Positions 63,268 through 64,000 of a DNA stretch of 64,000 nucleotides are shown here, piece by piece (the first letter of the stretch is position 1; each line of letters opens with the position of its first letter). This DNA comes from an uncultured Pseudomonadota bacterium (GTDB lineage: Bacteria > Pseudomonadota > Gammaproteobacteria > Steroidobacterales > Steroidobacteraceae), in contig CAWFDT010000015.1 of the NCBI GenBank assembly GCA_963814675.1, positions 321,950 through 385,949 of the forward strand, in the 5' to 3' direction. Made by a program: the position numbers and the translations under genes. Under the pieces are notes generated by a model. That model did not search any database. It was given only the letters and a program-made list of their open reading frames with translations, and had not been told where the DNA came from.

Positions 63268-64000
63268 ATGACCTCCAAGGAAGAGCAGGTGCGTGACGCG
63301 ATCGCCGAACAGGCTGCCGACTGGCTCGTCGCGAATGACGAGGGGTTGGATGCGCGGGAATCCGCAGCTCTCGCCGCGTGGCTGAAGGCCTCGCCGGTTC
63401 ACGTCGAGGAGTTCCTCCGCGCTTCGGTGATCGCGCGTGATCTGCGGGAAGCCCGCACCGATCCTGAGTATTCCCTCGAGGCGGTTCTCGCACGCGCGCG
63501 GGCCGAGGACGACCCTCCGGTCCGCCTCCCTCTCTGGCCGCGCGTTATCGTCCCTGTCAGAAGCCTGCCCTCACGCGGCTGGCTGACGGCCGCGGTGGCC
63601 CTGACTGCGGTGGTCGGACTGAGTCTTGGCTTGCCCTCGTTGTGGAAAGTCCGCCCCGTCTCACCCGTCCCGGTGGGCGTCGGCACGACGGCCCTGCACG
63701 TTGAGACAGGTCACGGCGAGCAGCTAACCCGGCGCCTCGAGGATAATTCTGTGCTGCACCTGGATACGGACAGTGCTGTCACCATCCGCTTCAGCAAAAC
63801 GGAACGGCTCGTCACGCTCACCGCCGGCCAGGCAGAATTCGAAGTCACCCATGATCCGGCGCGCGCATTCCGGGTTCTCACCGGATCGGCTGAGGTTGTT
63901 GCGATCGGGACTCAATTCGATGTTCGTCTGGAGGAAGACTCGACCGTCGTAACCGTGGTCGAAGGACGAGTCGCTGTCGGGCCGTCCCCGACGTTGGGAA
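63268..64000 (+). CDS. FecR-family anti-sigma/transmembrane sensor, 3' end outside the window
   Basis: The ATG lies 4 nt after the sigma stop. EQAADWLV...AAWLKASPVHVEEF, TM segment WLTAAVALTAVVGLSL, then FecR domain LEDNSVLHLDTDSAV...AEFEVTHD...FRV. Confidence 0.85.
   Translation, partial: MTSKEEQVRDAIAEQAADWLVANDEGLDARESAALAAWLKASPVHVEEFLRASVIARDLREARTDPEYSLEAVLARARAEDDPPVRLPLWPRVIVPVRSLPSRGWLTAAVALTAVVGLSLGLPSLWKVRPVSPVPVGVGTTALHVETGHGEQLTRRLEDNSVLHLDTDSAVTIRFSKTERLVTLTAGQAEFEVTHDPARAFRVLTGSAEVVAIGTQFDVRLEEDSTVVTVVEGRVAVGPSPTLG

Overview
High-GC (about 63-66 % by eye) proteobacterial chromosomal segment. I found no rRNA, no intact tRNA and no CRISPR array. All product calls come from motif-level recognition of the supplied translations, because no database search was possible. 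Start codons were re-chosen where the ORF track, which opens at the first ATG/GTG/TTG, clearly overshoots.

(1) 1-7.3 kb holds housekeeping-type genes: the cardiolipin synthase 3' end, a secreted M1 aminopeptidase, dienelactone hydrolase, rlmE, an FAD-dependent protein and a TrmH-family methyltransferase.

(2) 7.8-19.4 kb is a same-strand, tightly packed eight-gene locus. It comprises an XRE/cupin regulator, a TonB-dependent receptor, a DUF1611/DgcN-like protein, a frameshifted S12 serine hydrolase, an enolase-superfamily epimerase, a YkvI-like permease, a second S12 hydrolase and an M19 dipeptidase. I read it as an uptake and catabolism system for D-amino-acid-containing peptides.

(3) 19.7-31 kb holds metY plus a CoA-binding protein, OsmC, a flavoprotein without a canonical start codon, a SYLF protein, a long AI-2E transporter, an Asp/Glu racemase, cytochrome P460 and a DipZ-like redoxin.

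(4) 32-50 kb is a decaying accessory mosaic. It contains at least ten truncated, frameshifted or nonsense-interrupted genes, an integrase relic, an orphan ECF sigma factor and an apparently intact subclass B3 metallo-beta-lactamase.

(5) 51.3-56.2 kb is an AT-richer islet of small lipoprotein and secreted-protein genes. It includes a membrane protein with 3 x 117-bp in-frame tandem repeats. The islet is bracketed by copies of a roughly 230-460 bp modular non-coding repeat that I cannot assign to any known family; fragments of it also occur at 20.3 kb and 29.6 kb. This is the most unusual signal in the window.

(6) 56.4-64 kb holds DUF1223, a general-stress-type cluster (DUF1003, OmpA/DUF4398, DUF883, CsbD, UrcA) and an ECF sigma/FecR pair that runs off the window end.
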